From a virus (lineage: Duplodnaviria > Caudoviricetes), in the IMG/VR virus record IMGVR_UViG_3300032285_003982, positions 1-28,800 of that record: 28,800 bases of DNA, one strand, 5' to 3'. Each line of letters starts with the position of its first letter. Position 1 is the stretch's first letter. Below, one piece after another: positions 1 through 8,434 of the stretch. Under the pieces are notes generated by a model. The model searched no databases. It was not told where the DNA came from and saw nothing but the letters and a program-made list of their open reading frames with translations. Position numbers and translations under genes: made by a program.

Positions 1-471
1 CTAGAATCAAAAAAAATAGCTTTTAATCAAGTCTTTACAAGTAACTTTATTCGTAAAGCTAATGAACACTTGCAAGCCTCTATTGATTATAAGAAAATAT
101 GGTTTGCTAGTAAAACTTGTGCGAATGATAACTTCTTTGAAACTGTATTCTCTCAAAGTATTCCACTAGAATTAATGAAAACAGAAGAAAAGAAAGATTG
201 GTCTACTCTAGACTTTATTGAAAATCAAGATGACTTTATATATCAAACTAAAAAACAATGTACTCTAGTAGAACACTCATCTACAGCTAGAGGTACTCAA
301 TCCTTTGATTTGCCCCAACACTTGAAGCGAAGCAGTTCATCTAATAAAGCCAGAAAAGATAATTATTCTGCACTTTTATTAGGAAATTGGGGTTTAAAGT
401 GCTATTATGATATAATGACAGCTCCAAAAGAGGAAATATCTCAGACTTTCACCCCAATAATGATAAAATAA
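1..471 (+). CDS. terL: Large terminase subunit, C-terminal nuclease end (5'-truncated by window)
   Basis: The frame is open from base 1 (LESKKIAFNQVFTSNFIRKANEHLQ...), so the listed TTG at 70 is internal. RKDNYSALLL resembles the terminal Asp motif of the RNase H-like nuclease domain. It lies directly upstream of the portal-like gene. Confidence 0.7.
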   Translation, partial: LESKKIAFNQVFTSNFIRKANEHLQASIDYKKIWFASKTCANDNFFETVFSQSIPLELMKTEEKKDWSTLDFIENQDDFIYQTKKQCTLVEHSSTARGTQSFDLPQHLKRSSSSNKARKDNYSALLLGNWGLKCYYDIMTAPKEEISQTFTPIMIK

Positions 472-477
472 GTGTAA
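472..477 (+). promoter_or_regulatory. GTGTAA putative late promoter element (portal)
   Basis: GTGTAA lies 13 nt upstream of ATG 491 and recurs in most intergenic gaps. Confidence 0.65.
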
Positions 478-490
478 TATTTAGCAATAT

Positions 491-2422
491 ATGAGTAAAA
501 AAACCACAAAAATTGAAGAAACAAAAGCCTCAGTAGAATTACCACAACCTCAAGACCAAGTAACACCACTTATGGTATATGGAACTGATGCATCAGACAA
601 GAAAAGAGCAAAAATAGCAGAAATTAGAGGCTCAACTACTATGCGTAGAAATGCTTCTTCAACAATTGAAAGAACTGATAGGTTTATTAATATTGATACA
701 GGTATTATTCCTTTTAGATATTCTAATTATGTCAGAAATCTTTCTACTCTAGATGTTAGAGATGCTATTATTTTGTGTCAAAAGGCTTATTATAATGTAG
801 GTATTTTTAGAAATACAATCGACTTAATGACAGAGTTTTCTGATAGTCCAATTTATTTAACTGGTGGAAGTCAAAAATCAAGAGAATTTTTTGAAGCATA
901 TTTCAAGAAAATTAATCTAGCAAGTTTCCAAGATCAATTCTTTAGAGAATACTATAGAAGTGGAAATGTATTCACTTACAGATTTGATACCTCTTTAACC
1001 AGTGAACAACTTTTAAAAATAACTCAAACTTTCGGTTCTAAATTAAAATCAATCGCCCAAGATGGATCAGTAAAACTTCCAGCAAGATATACTATTATTA
1101 ATCCAGCAGATATCTATGTTGGTGGAACAGTTAATTATGCTTTTAATGTTTATTATAAATTATTGAGTGATTATGAACTAGAAAGACTAAGAGATCCAAA
1201 AACAGATGAAGATACCGAAGTTTATAATAATCTTCCTCAAGATGTAAAAGATAAGATTAAAAGTAAAAACAATTCTTATATCCTTGTGCCATTAGATAAG
1301 AGTAAACTCGCAGCAGTATTTTATAAGAAGCAAGATTACGAGCCACTTTCTATTCCAATGGGATTTCCAGTTCTTGATGATATTAACTGGAAACTAGAAA
1401 TGAAAAAAATGGATATGGCAGTAACAAGAACAATGCAACAAGCAGTTCTATTAGTTACAATGGGAGATACTCCTGATAAAGGTGGAGTAAACCAAAAGAA
1501 TCTTCAAGCGATGCAACAACTATTTGAGAACCAAAGTATTGGAAGAGTTCTTATTGCGGACTATACAACAAAAGCTCAATTCGTTATTCCAGATATTGGT
1601 AATCTAATTGGACCACAAAAGTATGAAGTAGTAGATCGCGATATTCAAATTGGATTAAATAATATTCTTATTGGCAATGAAAAATTTGCAAATACAAGTA
1701 TTAAAGTTCAAGTATTCGTTCAAAGATTAAAACAAGCCAGAGAAGTCTTTATTAATGAATTCTTGATTCCAGAAATTAGAAGAATGAGCAAAGATATTGG
1801 TTTTAAGAATTTCCCAACTCCAACATTCCAAGATATTGATATTAAAGATGATGTGCAATATTCTAGAATTTATAATAGACTAGTTGAATTAGGAGTATTA
1901 ACTGCAGAAGAAGGATTAGCTGCAATCGACACTGGAAGATTACCAACTCAAGAAGAGTCTATAGATTCTCAAAGAAAATTCAAAGAATTGAGAGACGAAG
2001 GTTTATATCAACCACTTATTGGTGGAAGTGCAGCTGGTCAAGCTGGTAGACCATCAGGTTCTACTGGAATACCTCAATCTACAAAAAATGTAAAACCAAT
2101 TGGCGCAAAAGCTTCATTTTCAGTTCTTAAAATTAAAGATAATATTCTAGCATCTCAAAACTTAGAAGAAGAAGTTAAATCTGCTGTTAGGAAGAAATTT
2201 AATGTTAAAAAATTAAGCAATCAGCAAAAAGAAAACGCAGAAAATATATCTGAAATTATTATAGCTAATGAAGTTCCAGAAAATTGGACAGCCAAAATCG
2301 AAGAATATATAGAAAAACCTTTTGATCAAAATCAAGAGCAAATCAATAATATTCAAGAGATTGCAGCTGAACATCAAGTAACAAATTACATAGCTTCATT
2401 GTTGTATCATAGTAAAGCTTAA
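491..2422 (+). CDS. Portal protein
   Basis: 643 aa, follows terminase. Portal-like features include the FRNTIDLMTEFS helix, YYRSGNVF (G-N motif), the INPADI loop, Q...INEFLIPEI and a C-terminal GRPSG low-complexity linker. Confidence 0.8.
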   Translation: MSKKTTKIEETKASVELPQPQDQVTPLMVYGTDASDKKRAKIAEIRGSTTMRRNASSTIERTDRFINIDTGIIPFRYSNYVRNLSTLDVRDAIILCQKAYYNVGIFRNTIDLMTEFSDSPIYLTGGSQKSREFFEAYFKKINLASFQDQFFREYYRSGNVFTYRFDTSLTSEQLLKITQTFGSKLKSIAQDGSVKLPARYTIINPADIYVGGTVNYAFNVYYKLLSDYELERLRDPKTDEDTEVYNNLPQDVKDKIKSKNNSYILVPLDKSKLAAVFYKKQDYEPLSIPMGFPVLDDINWKLEMKKMDMAVTRTMQQAVLLVTMGDTPDKGGVNQKNLQAMQQLFENQSIGRVLIADYTTKAQFVIPDIGNLIGPQKYEVVDRDIQIGLNNILIGNEKFANTSIKVQVFVQRLKQAREVFINEFLIPEIRRMSKDIGFKNFPTPTFQDIDIKDDVQYSRIYNRLVELGVLTAEEGLAAIDTGRLPTQEESIDSQRKFKELRDEGLYQPLIGGSAAGQAGRPSGSTGIPQSTKNVKPIGAKASFSVLKIKDNILASQNLEEEVKSAVRKKFNVKKLSNQQKENAENISEIIIANEVPENWTAKIEEYIEKPFDQNQEQINNIQEIAAEHQVTNYIASLLYHSKA

Positions 2423-2425
2423 AAA

Positions 2426-2447
2426 GTGTAATCCTATATAAGGATTA
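2426..2447 (+). promoter_or_regulatory. GTGTAA element overlapping an RBS-occluding hairpin
   Basis: GTGTAA at 2426-2431. TAATCCT (2429-2435) pairs with AGGATTA (2441-2447), covering the AAGGA SD of ATG 2454. Confidence 0.5.
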
Positions 2448-2453
2448 AGGTAA

Positions 2454-3743
2454 ATGGCTAGAAATAGAATAATCTACAATGTAGAAGGTTTATATTTTGC
2501 TCCATATTCTGGAGAACAAAATCCTAGCTCTACTTATTATTTAAATGGTTACCAAATACTTAAAAGATTAGAAAAAGTACAAAACTTTAATTATTCTATA
2601 CAAGAAAATAGAGCAAATGCTCAAGGATTTGGTCAAAAGCAAAATATTTTTCGTGGAATTTCTGGACCACCAGAAGTATCTTTTAATTTTTCATATGTTC
2701 CAGATGGTGTTACAAATGAAAATAGATTAAATTTTGATGTAGCTACTTTTAATTCTACTACTCAACCAGCAATGTTTTCATCTCTATGTTCTAATAATTC
2801 ACTTTATAATGATAGAGATTTTTATTTAGTTATTAATAAAAATGATGATGATCTTTTTGGAAATTATGATTTAAATGATACTTCAATAAATCCAATTACT
2901 CTATCAGATGTATTAGATCCAAATAGTATTAATTATGGCTTATTACATTTTCAAAATGCATATCTTAATGAATATGCTTTTAATGTTTCAGTAGGAAATT
3001 TACCAACAGTAAATCAAAGTTATGTTTCAGATAATATAATTTTCTATACAAGTGGATATGATATAAGATACTCAATTCTTGACATAAAATCTGGAGTAAA
3101 TCAACCTCAAACTGATAAAATAGTTGTTCCTAAAGCTTTAAATTTAAATCAAAATACAATTGGTGGACAAAATATTCTTCTACCAGGAGACGCAAATGTT
3201 ACTTTTTATACAAATAATACTACTGGAGTTTTATTTTATACTGATACAATTCAAAGTTTAGATTATACATTATCTTTTAATAGAAAAGCCTATAGATCAG
3301 TAAATTATAAATTTCCTTTATTAAGAAAAATAGAGTTTCCAGTTAATGGAAAATTAAATACTAGCTTTGTTGTAAAAGAAAATTTAAGTGGTTCATTCTT
3401 TAATACATTAAACAATGATGATGATTATAATATTGTTGTTAATTTTAATACCAATAGAAATGGAGTATATCCAACAAAGTTCACTTTTAGTGGCTGTAAG
3501 TTTACTAATATTAATTATGACTCTTCAATCGGAAGCAATAAAACAGCAACATTAAGTTTTGATTTTGATCTTGATCCAGATTTTGGCAGAAGAGGAGTAT
3601 TTGCAATTGGAAATGTGCTTTACTCTTCATTATCAGGATTATTAGAAGCAACTTCTGATGGATTAGTATCTGGTCTACTTGGAACAGATAATGCAGTTGA
3701 ATATGATTTAACATGGGGGAATACTTATATACTTCAAAATTAA
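2454..3743 (+). CDS. Tail-tube-like protein (paralog of 23178..24329)
   Basis: Collinear motifs shared with the tube gene: MARNRIIYNVEGLYFAP/MPRNRIIYQSEALYAGP, VQNFNYS/IQTANYS, NAYLNEY...VGNLPT/NAFISSY...VGNFPT, LLPGD/LRPGD, RKIEFP/RPIDFP, SSIGSNKTATL/SDIGSNKTVTL. Confidence 0.7.
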   Translation: MARNRIIYNVEGLYFAPYSGEQNPSSTYYLNGYQILKRLEKVQNFNYSIQENRANAQGFGQKQNIFRGISGPPEVSFNFSYVPDGVTNENRLNFDVATFNSTTQPAMFSSLCSNNSLYNDRDFYLVINKNDDDLFGNYDLNDTSINPITLSDVLDPNSINYGLLHFQNAYLNEYAFNVSVGNLPTVNQSYVSDNIIFYTSGYDIRYSILDIKSGVNQPQTDKIVVPKALNLNQNTIGGQNILLPGDANVTFYTNNTTGVLFYTDTIQSLDYTLSFNRKAYRSVNYKFPLLRKIEFPVNGKLNTSFVVKENLSGSFFNTLNNDDDYNIVVNFNTNRNGVYPTKFTFSGCKFTNINYDSSIGSNKTATLSFDFDLDPDFGRRGVFAIGNVLYSSLSGLLEATSDGLVSGLLGTDNAVEYDLTWGNTYILQN

Positions 3744-3749
3744 GTGTAA
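3744..3749 (+). promoter_or_regulatory. GTGTAA putative late promoter element
   Basis: 8 nt upstream of ATG 3758, with no SD in between. Confidence 0.65.
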
Positions 3750-3757
3750 AATAATAT

Positions 3758-4738
3758 ATGCCTAGTAAAAATGTAAAAGATTTTCCAGCAATACAATCAG
3801 TAGATATAACTTCAACTAATTCATTACTTAGCGTTGTAAATGGAGAGCTTAGAAGATTATCCGCTGGTAGTCTTTCATTATTATCTCTTAGTGGGGTAAC
3901 TGGAATTTTTTCCATTGGATCTACGCCAGCAGCACCATTAATAAATAATCCTTTAACTGTACTAGGTAGTGGAAATAGTTATATTCAACTTAATATTCAA
4001 AATCGAGCAAGCGGATTAAATGCAAGTTCAGATTTAGTTCTTACCGCCAATAATGGTAATGATTCTAGTAATTTTATTAATCTTGGAATTAATAATGTTG
4101 GATATAATGATCCAGCTTATAATAATGCAACTGGTCTAGATGGATATTTATTTATAGATGGTGGAGATTTAGATATTGGAACAAGAACTCCTAATAGAAT
4201 TATAGAATTTCATGCAGGAGGAACAACTGCAGATAAAGTTATTTCAAGAATAGATGCTTCTGGAATGAATATGGTAAGTGGTACATATCGAATAAAAGAT
4301 GTTCCATATAATACTTTCACAATTGAATTAACGCATTCACAGGACGGTCCTGTTCAAGGTCATAATTATTTTGGAATAAATGATCTTGGATATAACCAAT
4401 CAGCAGGAGGATTAAGAAGAAGAATACCAATTGCTGAAAGTTGTCAAATTAGAAAAGCATCATGGACACATTTCGTTGCAACCCCTGGAACAGCAAGCAG
4501 TTTACCTTCAACTGGATTTGTTATTAATACATCATCAAGTCCAGTACAAATAGCAACAGTTACAACAGCTATTGATAGTTCAAGTTCCACACTACCAGCA
4601 AATTATACGACAACATTTTCTAGTCCAATTAACGTAACAGCTGGAGATTTAGTTGTAGCTTCTTTAGGTCTAAACGCATCATACACAGTAAATCCAACAA
4701 GCGTTAGAGATAAAGTTATATTATATTGTTATAATTAA
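3758..4738 (+). CDS. Putative virion fiber/decoration protein
   Basis: 326 aa, Ser/Gly/Thr/Asn-rich and beta-rich. Contains a YIQLNIQN...ASSDLVLTANNG...FINLGIN...DGYLFIDGGDLDIGT segment of the kind seen in phage fiber proteins, plus a beta-sandwich-like C-terminus. Confidence 0.5.
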   Translation: MPSKNVKDFPAIQSVDITSTNSLLSVVNGELRRLSAGSLSLLSLSGVTGIFSIGSTPAAPLINNPLTVLGSGNSYIQLNIQNRASGLNASSDLVLTANNGNDSSNFINLGINNVGYNDPAYNNATGLDGYLFIDGGDLDIGTRTPNRIIEFHAGGTTADKVISRIDASGMNMVSGTYRIKDVPYNTFTIELTHSQDGPVQGHNYFGINDLGYNQSAGGLRRRIPIAESCQIRKASWTHFVATPGTASSLPSTGFVINTSSSPVQIATVTTAIDSSSSTLPANYTTTFSSPINVTAGDLVVASLGLNASYTVNPTSVRDKVILYCYN

Positions 4739-4740
4739 TA

Positions 4741-4779
4741 TTAGATTTTAAAATTATATATTATTATAATATAGTGTAA
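4741..4779 (+). promoter_or_regulatory. Possible sigma70-like promoter (TTAGAT-18nt-TATAAT) followed by a GTGTAA element
   Basis: TATAAT at 4765-4770; GTGTAA at 4774-4779, 6 nt before ATG 4786. The region is very AT-rich, so the -35/-10 call is weak. Confidence 0.45.
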
Positions 4780-4785
4780 TATATT

Positions 4786-5070
4786 ATGAAAACTATGCTA
4801 TCTAAAATATTTGGCCCTAATTGGCGTTCTAGTAGTTCTGGAATAGCAACAGTCGTAGCAGTTTGCACTGCAATAGCAATTCATTCTGATCCAAGTTTAG
4901 TAGCTTTTCTTCCAGATCAAGCAGAAGTTTATATTCTTGGAATTTCAAAATTAATTGCAGTTGTTTCTGGAATAGTTTTTGCACTAACAGTAAAAGATGC
5001 AGCAGTTACTGGTGGAACAGTAGCTCAAACAACCGAAGCAAAAGATAGAACAAATGGAGAAAATATATGA
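4786..5070 (+). CDS. Putative holin / small membrane protein
   Basis: 94 aa with two hydrophobic segments (GIATVVAVCTAIAI and ILGISKLIAVVSGIVFALTV), N-terminal NWRS, and KD after TM2. First gene of a membrane-protein cluster near the endolysin. Confidence 0.55.
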   Translation: MKTMLSKIFGPNWRSSSSGIATVVAVCTAIAIHSDPSLVAFLPDQAEVYILGISKLIAVVSGIVFALTVKDAAVTGGTVAQTTEAKDRTNGENI

Positions 5071-5516
5071 ATAAATTACAATTAGTCGCAGTTGCTCTTT
5101 TGAGCGTATTTCTTGGTGCTTGTGCTACAACTCCAACTGGTCAAGTTGATCCAGCAACAAGTGTTTCAAATGCTCTTCCATATGTTAAACCAGCAGTTGT
5201 ATTAGCCTGTACAGTTGTTCTTGATCAAGCTGTTTCTGGTAATGATAGAATTGAAAAGGCTAAGATGATTAACCATGTCGCAGCAATCGTTGAAGGACTA
5301 ACAGTTGGAACTGCTCCAACTCCAAATCAACTTCAAAAAGCTTTAACTGATTATCTTCCAGAAGAAAAAACTCATTGGGTAAATTACGTTAGCGTTATTA
5401 AAGATATCTACGCTCAACAATTTGCAAGATTAGATGGTAATACTGCACTTGCTATCAAGGTACTTAACGCTATTGCATCTGGATGTAAAGATGCTACAGC
5501 AAGTTACGTAGAGTAA
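5067..5516 (+). CDS. Lipoprotein of unknown function
   Basis: Signal peptide MNKLQLVAVALLSVF followed by lipobox LGA-C; helical mature domain; ATGA overlap with the upstream gene. Confidence 0.75.
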   Translation: MNKLQLVAVALLSVFLGACATTPTGQVDPATSVSNALPYVKPAVVLACTVVLDQAVSGNDRIEKAKMINHVAAIVEGLTVGTAPTPNQLQKALTDYLPEEKTHWVNYVSVIKDIYAQQFARLDGNTALAIKVLNAIASGCKDATASYVE

Positions 5517-5518
5517 TT

Positions 5519-5719
5519 ATGCCAACTGGAATACTGCAAGCATTACTATCAGCAGTATCTGGAATATTCTCAGCAATTAATAATGTATTCGGCGCAAAGA
5601 ATACAAAAGAAATGAAAGAGCGTCAAGAAGCTCAAAAAGAAGTCAACTACCAAAGTCAAATAGAAAAAGAAGTACAGGAGAAAAATCTTGAAGAAGTTCG
5701 TAAGCGTATTAGTTCTTAA
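5519..5719 (+). CDS. Putative i-spanin-like protein
   Basis: 66 aa. N-terminal hydrophobic/amphipathic helix followed by a charged coiled-coil; its 3' end overlaps the next lipoprotein gene by 32 nt. Confidence 0.45.
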   Translation: MPTGILQALLSAVSGIFSAINNVFGAKNTKEMKERQEAQKEVNYQSQIEKEVQEKNLEEVRKRISS

Positions 5720-6104
5720 TTCTCTTCTGATTGGTTGCGCAACAGTAACACCAAATAAAATAGAAGATGATAAATCTTCTTATGACGCAACCACACCAAA
5801 GCAATATCAAAAAGATAATGGTGGATTAATTTCTTTTATTGGAGATGATGCTTTAATTACAAGTCAAGCTCGTGATCGTTATAACAATCTTATTGAAATG
5901 TATAAAATCAAATTTAAAAAAGAAAAAGCAATAGAATTAAAACAAAATTCTGGTATTAAACCTTATAAAGATAATTTTAATAATGACCTATATCTTATTG
6001 ATAGTGAACATCTTGTTTATTTCGGAGTTCTTAATAGTTGGTTAAAAGAAAAAGTTCCTCAAGATAATATACTAGACAAGACCATAGATAAAATTAATAA
6101 TTAA
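5688..6104 (+). CDS. Lipoprotein, putative o-spanin-like
   Basis: MKKFVSVLVLNSLLIG-C lipobox. Non-ATG (TTG) start at 5688 with SD CAGGAG about 8 nt upstream, inside the preceding gene (overlapping spanin-type arrangement). Confidence 0.5.
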   Translation: MKKFVSVLVLNSLLIGCATVTPNKIEDDKSSYDATTPKQYQKDNGGLISFIGDDALITSQARDRYNNLIEMYKIKFKKEKAIELKQNSGIKPYKDNFNNDLYLIDSEHLVYFGVLNSWLKEKVPQDNILDKTIDKINN

Positions 6105-6109
6105 ATAAA

Positions 6110-7162
6110 ATGGGTCGCTTAAAAGTTAACTCTAATTTAAGTAAAGATAATAAAATCTCTATTAAAAAACAAAATCTTGGTCGTGGAAAAATTAAAACAG
6201 ATAAATATTATATATTAAACTCAAGATTTGACGTTGATAATTCTTATCCAATATATGATGGATCAACATATTATGATGCAAATTATGTTGCTGGTGGACC
6301 AATTTATTCAGACCCAGCTTCTACTAAAATTTTAACAAATTATTATCATAATAGTCCATTATTTTATATTCCAGGACCAGATTATCATACTTTTGCTAAT
6401 AGAACTTTTCATGAAGTAAATAGTCCATATAATATCTTACCAATAGGACACCCAATTCAATCTAGATTATTAAAAATGTTTGGAGTAGGATCAGTATTAG
6501 GAAAACCATTAGATAATCATACTTCATATCAAAGAACAATTACTGATGAAACTTTTGCTAGTCCTAGTAGTGTTAATTCTTGGTTGAAATATGGAGTAGA
6601 ACAAATGGTAGCCATACCACCCAATGCCAAGAAAATAAAATATGGAGTAACATATTTAGTAAAATCAGATGATAATTTTAGATTAAATAATTTTGGAGGA
6701 TTAGTTTTATATTTTCAAAAGGGAATTTATAGAAGTTATGTGAATTTTAATCTTGTGACTAATGATTATATATATTCACCAGTAAGTAGTTATGTTAATT
6801 TATTTAATGGATACGATAAAAATACAAATCTTTACAAATATTTTACTATTGGTTCAAATTCAAGATCTCAATGGTTAGGACCAAATATAAATACAGTAAA
6901 AGTAAGAAAAAGAAATATTATATCATTAGTTCGTCAATTAGGTGGTCATCCTGAGTATTTAAATAATTTTACAACTTTACAAGATACTGTCGATATTCCA
7001 ACTTTTTCTACCTCAATTAGTAATCCAGATGAAACAAATGGTTTTCCAGAATATGTTTCACTTCAAATGTTTTTTGCGGAATGGGAAGATTATTTAAATG
7101 AAGATGCAGTATCAAGTGGTTCTATTTATTTTTATCAACCATTTCTTTATTTTGAATATTAA
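6110..7162 (+). CDS. Hypothetical protein (Tyr/Asn-rich, basic N-terminus)
   Basis: 350 aa ORF tightly packed between its neighbours; no recognisable family. Confidence 0.6.
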   Translation: MGRLKVNSNLSKDNKISIKKQNLGRGKIKTDKYYILNSRFDVDNSYPIYDGSTYYDANYVAGGPIYSDPASTKILTNYYHNSPLFYIPGPDYHTFANRTFHEVNSPYNILPIGHPIQSRLLKMFGVGSVLGKPLDNHTSYQRTITDETFASPSSVNSWLKYGVEQMVAIPPNAKKIKYGVTYLVKSDDNFRLNNFGGLVLYFQKGIYRSYVNFNLVTNDYIYSPVSSYVNLFNGYDKNTNLYKYFTIGSNSRSQWLGPNINTVKVRKRNIISLVRQLGGHPEYLNNFTTLQDTVDIPTFSTSISNPDETNGFPEYVSLQMFFAEWEDYLNEDAVSSGSIYFYQPFLYFEY

Positions 7163-7166
7163 AATT

Positions 7167-7793
7167 ATGTTATCAAAAAAATCTTTAGATCTTATTCTTG
7201 AATTTGAAGTTGGTGGTGGAGAAAGCTACTATAATAAATTTTTAAAAAATCCAACTTGGCCAGAAGGTCAAAGTGGAGTTACAATTGGTGTTGGTTATGA
7301 TTTAGGTTATGTTAATAAAGCAGAATTTAGTGAAGATTGGAAAGATTTGCCCAAAGAAATCTTTGATAGATTATATAAAGTTGTTGGCATCAAAGGGTAT
7401 AATGCTAAGAATCTTATAAAAGGATTAAAAGATATAACTATTCCTTGGGATCTTGCATTAAAAGTATTTAATAATAAAACAGTAACAAAGTTCTGGAATT
7501 TAACAAAAGAAACTTTTCCTAATTTTGATAATCTCCCAGAAGATGCAAAAGGTGGATTAGTTAGTCTTGTATTTAATCGAGGAAATGCATTAGAAGGTGA
7601 TCGTCGCCGTGAAATGAAATTAATAAGAGATGGTATGAAATTAGTAACTACTTTTGATCAAAAAGCATTATCTTTTATAGCTAATCAAATAAGAAATATG
7701 AAAAGAATATGGATTGGTGGCAGTATTGAAAAGGGAATGAGCAGAAGACGAGATGCAGAAGCAAATTTAATAGAAAATTCATTAAATAATTAA
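7167..7793 (+). CDS. Endolysin, pesticin-C/T4-lysozyme-like muramidase
   Basis: ILEFEVGG (catalytic Glu), WPEGQSGVTIGVGYDLG, LVSLVFNRG and GMSRRRDAEA are lysozyme-fold motifs. The likely start is ATG 7167, just after the stop at 7162, rather than 7098. Confidence 0.8.
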   Translation: MLSKKSLDLILEFEVGGGESYYNKFLKNPTWPEGQSGVTIGVGYDLGYVNKAEFSEDWKDLPKEIFDRLYKVVGIKGYNAKNLIKGLKDITIPWDLALKVFNNKTVTKFWNLTKETFPNFDNLPEDAKGGLVSLVFNRGNALEGDRRREMKLIRDGMKLVTTFDQKALSFIANQIRNMKRIWIGGSIEKGMSRRRDAEANLIENSLNN

Positions 7794-7820
7794 AATTAAT
7801 TAAAAATATATGCCCTTTTT

Positions 7821-7826
7821 GTGTAT
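7821..7826 (+). promoter_or_regulatory. GTGTAT variant of the putative late promoter element
   Basis: One mismatch to GTGTAA, 15 nt upstream of ATG 7842. Confidence 0.4.
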
Positions 7827-7841
7827 ATTATATATAAGAAT

Positions 7842-8429
7842 ATGAATTACAATTCTGAACAATACGGCTTTGAATTGAATGCCAAAAGAAAAGGACCAAA
7901 ATCTGCTGCTCAAACCCCATCTAAACCATCAGAAAGAAAAAAAGGATCATCTCGTAACAAACCTGGAAGCGCAGGAACTAAAAGTGATAAAGCAATTGAA
8001 TTTTCTAAAAAAGTAATAGAAGCTCTTAAAAATAAAGTTAAAGAACATAACTCTAACTATAGTAAAAAAGTTACATTAGCTCAACTTAAAAAAGTATATC
8101 GTAGAGGAGCAGGAGCTTTTTCTTCATCTCATAGACCAGGAAAAACAAGAGGTCAATGGGCAATGGCTAGAGTAAATATGTTTCTTAGAATGGTAAGTGG
8201 CAAACCAGTTAAAGATGCTTATCGTAAAGCTGATAGTGATATAGCTAAAGCTAAATATGAAACCATAATTGAAGTACATTTAGAACCCTCTGATGAAGAT
8301 TTTAATCAAGCTGATTTAGATATTGAACAAAATAATCTAAATGATTTTGATTTTATGTCTGCAGACGAATTATATCTAGATGATGAAGAAGATGGTGTAA
8401 GTATATATGGATTAAATAACAATATATAA
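7842..8429 (+). CDS. Basic/acidic protein with DUF5824-like motif
   Basis: LKKVYRRGAGAFSSSHRPGKTRGQWAMARVN resembles the VYxRG..A....HRPG....W..ARV motif of DUF5824 as I recall it. Lys/Arg-rich N-half, Asp/Glu-rich C-tail. The GTG at 7821 is likely the promoter motif, not the start. Confidence 0.6.
   Translation: MNYNSEQYGFELNAKRKGPKSAAQTPSKPSERKKGSSRNKPGSAGTKSDKAIEFSKKVIEALKNKVKEHNSNYSKKVTLAQLKKVYRRGAGAFSSSHRPGKTRGQWAMARVNMFLRMVSGKPVKDAYRKADSDIAKAKYETIIEVHLEPSDEDFNQADLDIEQNNLNDFDFMSADELYLDDEEDGVSIYGLNNNI
8395..8400 (+). promoter_or_regulatory. GTGTAA putative late promoter element for the head operon (inside the 3' end of the upstream CDS)
   Basis: 34 nt upstream of the protease ATG at 8435. 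Confidence 0.5.
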
Positions 8430-8434
8430 AAAAT

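Noticed and set aside
3511-3915. Minus-strand 134-aa ORF
   Set aside because: Antisense to two well-supported genes, with no RBS or recognisable motif; a shadow ORF.
7098-7166. Hydrophobic N-terminal extension suggesting a SAR endolysin
   Set aside because: It overlaps the upstream gene in another frame; ATG 7167 right after the stop is more parsimonious.
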